A stretch of DNA of 35,030 nucleotides from Eubacteriales bacterium (lineage in GTDB: Bacteria; Bacillota; Clostridia; Oscillospirales; CAG-272). The stretch lies in the NCBI GenBank assembly GCA_045533315.1, contig JAZSHN010000116.1, positions 1-35,030 on the forward strand, read 5' to 3'. The notes under the pieces were generated by a model, which saw nothing but the letters and a program-made list of their open reading frames with translations, did not search any database and was not told where the DNA came from. Positions 31,635 through 35,030 of the stretch are shown here, piece after piece. The position numbers and the translations under genes are program-made. Every line of letters begins with the position of its first letter. Positions within the stretch are counted from its first letter, which is position 1.

Positions 31635-34331
31635 TTAGGTGTAGTTAAGCACGCCGCCCTGGTCCTCGACGTAAGCTGCCCACTCTGCATCGGTGTAGTT
31701 GTACTTCATAAGACGAAGTCCGCCGTAGCCGTACATAATGTTGTAGTTCTGGGTGTAGTAGTCAGCCTTGTAGGAGAGAAGCGAGCAGATGGTAGTGCCT
31801 GCAAGAGGAATTCTGTAGTAAAGCTTAAGGTAAGCCTCCTCAAGCATAGCGGTGATCTCAAGCTTGGTTTCCATGCTGTCATCTGCAAACTCTGCAGTAC
31901 CGATCATAGAGTTGGACCACTCCTGCCAGGTCATGGTATAGTCCTTGCCGTCAACGGTAAGGGTAAGCTCCTCTGTCGTGGGATCCCAGCATCCAAGCTC
32001 GTTTACGCCGTACTGGTCGGGGTCCATATAGGTCTGGAAGTTACGGAAGGGATAGAATGCAGCGCCGCCCCATGCACCGTAGCCGATAGCGAACTTGCCC
32101 GCGGGAACGTCACCGTATCTGTCATCGATGTTACCGATAGCCTCGAAGGTAATCGTGCCAAAGCCCGAGCCTGCAAGAGCAGCGTTGATATACTCGTTAA
32201 GCTTTGCAACCTGCTTGTTATCGTCCTCCTGGAGAGCGCCCTTTGCCCAACCGATCTGAATCTTGATGGGCTCGCCTGCGGTGTAAATGCCTGCCTCAAC
32301 AAGCTCGTCGCAAGCGGTCTTCATAAGAGCCTTTGCCTCGGTGAGGTTGTAGCCTGTAATGGACTTGTAAGCCTCCTCGAGAGTAGCGTAAAGCTCGCCC
32401 TCGCCGTACTTAACGCCATAGAGGTTACAAATAGCCTGCATAGCGGGCTCGGAGCTTCTGTAAGAGGAGTAGGGATCGTTGTAAATGTCGTAGTGGTAAA
32501 GCTTATTCATAAGAGAGTAAGCAGGGGTCCAAGCCTGTGTTACGGTAACGTAATCGGCTCTGTTAATCGCAAGGGACATAGCCTTACGGAAGTTATCGTT
32601 GGTAAGAACAACCGAGTTGGTGTTTACTTCGGAGTTGTCGAGCTTTGTAAGCGCATCAAGGTTGGTGTTGAAGAAGAAGGACATTGTATATGTCTCGTCC
32701 TCCTTGTAAAGTCTGTCGGAAAGAGCAAACTTCGAAAGCTCTGCAGCTGTGGGAGAGTATTCCATAAGCTCGCCCTTGAAGAACTTCTGGTTAGCAACCT
32801 GCTCATCCATTACGTCGATAACGATCTTGGTGGTCTGGTACTGCTGGTGCTTCTTGCCGTCAACCTCAAAGTTGGTCTCGGAATAAAGGTCACCGTTTTC
32901 AAGCTTTGTAAAGCCGTACCAGTTCTCGTTCTGAACGTAAACTACCTGCTTATCGTCCTCAAAAGAGGAGATCTTGTAGGTACCGTAGGACATAGAGGTT
33001 TCCTTGGAGGTGCAGTAATTGGTTACAATAAGACCGCCCTCCTCCTTCTTACCTGCCTCGTAAAGGGGCTCGTAAACAAGCCAAGTATCGGTGCAGGAGG
33101 TAAGGAAGTAGTTGATGTCGATAGCGTTCTGGCAAACGTAGCGAATGGTGTAATCGTCAACCTTGTAGCAGCCGACGCTGTCATACTCTACCTTTTCGCC
33201 AACACGTGCGAAATAAAGGAAAAATTCGTTCCAAGCAAGAGGATTTTCGTCACCGAAATTAAGAGCAAGAAGCTTAAATTCCTCGATAGCGGTGGGAGTC
33301 ATAGCAACTACGCCGTAGGAATCCTCGGAGCCTGCATACTTCTTGTATACGTTAGTGTAGTACTTGGGCTGAGTCTTGTAAACGGGATTACCCTCTTCGT
33401 CGGTAACAGGCTCGCCGTTTTCGTCGGTATCCTGAACGTAAACAGGGTTACCCTCTTCGTCGGTTACGGGGTCGCCGTTTTCGTCAACCACGGGAATCTT
33501 TACCATCTTAACCTCAACGTATGCAGGGAGGTTCTCGGGGTCAATTTCCTCAACCACGGGAACAGAGAAGTAGCCTGCGCCAACATATCCCGCATCGGCA
33601 TACTCGTTCATAGAGTTAGCGCCGAAGAAAGGAACAAGTCCGCTGAAGGTGGTGTAAACAACCTTTTCCTCGCCGTTAATGGTAACGGTAGCAAAGCCAT
33701 CGTCATTAGTGCCATAGTTTTCAAGATAATCCGCAACATCAAGCCAAGACTCGTAAATAGGAGCTTCGGAGTTGTAGAAATTAAAGCCGCCCGCAACTGC
33801 AGACTCGCCGGAGATGTAGAGGTTAGCTCTGTAGTTTCTCATCTTGGAGTCGAGAAGCTGCTTCATCGAGTAGATGTAAGTATCAGCGTTGATAGCCACG
33901 CCGTTTTCCCACTTTGCATCGGGATTAAGCCTAATCTCGTAAACGTATCCGGAAGTTACATTGGATGCCGCAGTATCCTTTGGAAGAGAGCAGGCATACT
34001 TTGTAAGGTCAGCCTGGTTCTGTGCGGTTACGTCGGTGATGGAGGTAGCCATCTCGTAAACCCACTGGTAAATACCGTTTTCGGTATCCTTGGGCGCCAG
34101 GGTTACAAAGGGAGAGGTGATAAAGCCGAGAATTGATTGGTCTGCGTTGGTCTCCCATGTGTGAGGATTCCAGTTGTTACCAAGAGCGGTAGACCAGCTG
34201 TTATATGTGTACTCATCCTTTACTACGGCGTCGGGGTTCTTCTTCTTACAGGAAGCAAGAATCGCCATAGCGGATACGAGCAAGCATACCGTGAGAGCCA
34301 AGCAAAGAACTCTTTTAAATGTCTTGTTCAT
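31635..34331 (-). CDS. ABC transporter substrate-binding lipoprotein, family 5 (Opp/Dpp type), enlarged (898 aa)
   Basis: The signal peptide plus lipobox is MNKTFKRVLCLALTVCLLVSAMAILASC. Family-5-like blocks include NNWNPHTWETNADQSILGF and YVYEIRLNPDAKWENG. It is roughly 350 aa longer than typical OppA and contains an acidic tandem repeat. Confidence 0.9.
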   Translation of the reverse strand: MNKTFKRVLCLALTVCLLVSAMAILASCKKKNPDAVVKDEYTYNSWSTALGNNWNPHTWETNADQSILGFITSPFVTLAPKDTENGIYQWVYEMATSITDVTAQNQADLTKYACSLPKDTAASNVTSGYVYEIRLNPDAKWENGVAINADTYIYSMKQLLDSKMRNYRANLYISGESAVAGGFNFYNSEAPIYESWLDVADYLENYGTNDDGFATVTINGEEKVVYTTFSGLVPFFGANSMNEYADAGYVGAGYFSVPVVEEIDPENLPAYVEVKMVKIPVVDENGDPVTDEEGNPVYVQDTDENGEPVTDEEGNPVYKTQPKYYTNVYKKYAGSEDSYGVVAMTPTAIEEFKLLALNFGDENPLAWNEFFLYFARVGEKVEYDSVGCYKVDDYTIRYVCQNAIDINYFLTSCTDTWLVYEPLYEAGKKEEGGLIVTNYCTSKETSMSYGTYKISSFEDDKQVVYVQNENWYGFTKLENGDLYSETNFEVDGKKHQQYQTTKIVIDVMDEQVANQKFFKGELMEYSPTAAELSKFALSDRLYKEDETYTMSFFFNTNLDALTKLDNSEVNTNSVVLTNDNFRKAMSLAINRADYVTVTQAWTPAYSLMNKLYHYDIYNDPYSSYRSSEPAMQAICNLYGVKYGEGELYATLEEAYKSITGYNLTEAKALMKTACDELVEAGIYTAGEPIKIQIGWAKGALQEDDNKQVAKLNEYINAALAGSGFGTITFEAIGNIDDRYGDVPAGKFAIGYGAWGGAAFYPFRNFQTYMDPDQYGVNELGCWDPTTEELTLTVDGKDYTMTWQEWSNSMIGTAEFADDSMETKLEITAMLEEAYLKLYYRIPLAGTTICSLLSYKADYYTQNYNIMYGYGGLRLMKYNYTDAEWAAYVEDQGGVLNYT
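33381..33500. repeat. Tandem ~60-nt repeat inside the binding-protein gene
   Basis: 33381-33440 and 33441-33500 share a ~46-nt near-identical core. They encode DENGDPVTDEEGNPVYVQDT and DENGEPVTDEEGNPVYKTQP. Confidence 0.85.
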
Positions 34332-34466
34332 AATAGTGTTTCCTTTCCTTATTTATATAATTGCCACATTGGACGAATTATATAGTAATGTATTTTTACC
34401 AAGACGGAGTGCCGAGGGGTCATGCTACCCTTTTCCCGTGGACGAATCCGCAATTGATATGCCGAT

Positions 34467-34495
34467 ATTATAAGCAAACGGGTGCGTTTTGTCAA
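34467..34495 (-). promoter_or_regulatory. Perfect-consensus sigma-70 promoter for the ABC transporter operon
   Basis: On the minus strand: TTGACA (34495-34490), 17-nt spacer, TATAAT (34472-34467). This gives a ~130-nt 5' UTR before AAGGAAAGGAAA and the ATG at 34331. Confidence 0.6.
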
Positions 34496-34882
34496 TACTT
34501 TTTGATATGAGAAAATTTCATACCCCATATCAGATTTTTAATTTAATGACGGTTTATACAAACCTTTGTACTTTATCTATACTATTTTGTGCATTTTGCA
34601 CATAAAAATGTTAATAAATTAATAATACGCCGCTTTTCCAAATTTAATATTTTTTGGGTATTCATAGAAGTAATAGTGTAAATTGTCTTTCGCCGTATAA
34701 TTGCATATTGGCGTTTTTTTATTCATTAAACGACAAAATAACCGTAAAAGAACAAAAATAATGGAAAAATATGCAAGCTTGCGAACAGTCACGCGTTCCC
34801 GCATTCTCGCCAACGTACAATGCGCAATTTGTTGGTAAAAAGTAACAAAAAAACGCAAGCGCAAGCCCCGTAGCGACAAAAT

Positions 34883-34908
34883 AAAAAGCGGACGTCACGA
34901 GGACGTCC
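34883..34908 (-). terminator. Rho-independent terminator of an upstream minus-strand transcript
   Basis: On the minus strand: GGACGTC, loop CTCGT, GACGTCC (plus-strand coordinates 34890-34908), followed by GCTTTTT. Confidence 0.55.
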
Positions 34909-34922
34909 TCTCTACCTCTTGC

Positions 34923-35030
34923 TCACCATTCCTTTCGGAGCGTGATTAAAGACAATCTAAAGTTTACTGTACCAACGGCGACGGTATACACGCCAAGGCG
35001 TGATGATATGCAGCCCAAAGGGCAGGTGAT
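34923..35030 (-). other. 3' end of an unidentified minus-strand gene: either a partial CDS (...RLSLITLRKEW stop) or a structured RNA
   Basis: One minus-strand frame is open from the window edge to the TGA at 34925-34923, 15 nt before the terminator. The same stretch also contains compact hairpins (CACGC-CTTG-GCGTG, GCCC-TTT-GGGC and a GAAA-loop hairpin). The two readings cannot be resolved from 108 nt. Confidence 0.25.

Noticed and set aside
34619-34879. 86-aa minus-strand ORF between the upstream terminator and the ABC-operon promoter
   Set aside because: The region is AT-rich with no convincing RBS. The sequence is odd, Arg/Phe/Tyr-rich, with no recognisable family. It is more likely non-coding regulatory DNA.

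Overview
This is a chromosomal window from a Gram-positive, Clostridia-like anaerobe. That assignment is inferred from pth-mfd synteny, GGAGG-type ribosome-binding sites and gene content; no organism can be named from sequence alone.

Left to right:
- A partial secG on the minus strand.
- Three tandem, signal-peptide-less heparinase II/III-family paralogues.
- A roughly 1.8-kb AT-rich islet bounded by an exact 16-bp direct repeat. It carries a lipoprotein gene behind a consensus promoter and a highly structured leader, plus a divergent XRE / AbrB-zinc-ribbon regulator pair.
- rhaA-rhaB with a divergent AraC-type regulator.
- trkA-trkH.

The remaining ~20 kb is almost entirely on the minus strand:
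- An enlarged Opp-like ABC importer, comprising an 898-aa lipoprotein binding protein, two permeases and two ATPases. Four of the five parts carry large insertions.
- A DUF3899-like membrane protein.
- A ThyX-fold protein lacking the ThyX catalytic motif, which heads a pth-mfd operon.
- A membrane-anchored orphan overlapping the mfd stop codon by 1 nt.
- copA with heavy-metal-binding domains at both ends, followed by a small membrane protein.

I saw no rRNA, tRNA, CRISPR array, transposase or integrase.

Most worth following up:
- the structured leader RNA inside the repeat-flanked islet
- the catalytically degenerate ThyX-like gene
- the insertion-laden ABC transporter

All family assignments are by-eye motif recognition. 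No searches or computations were run.
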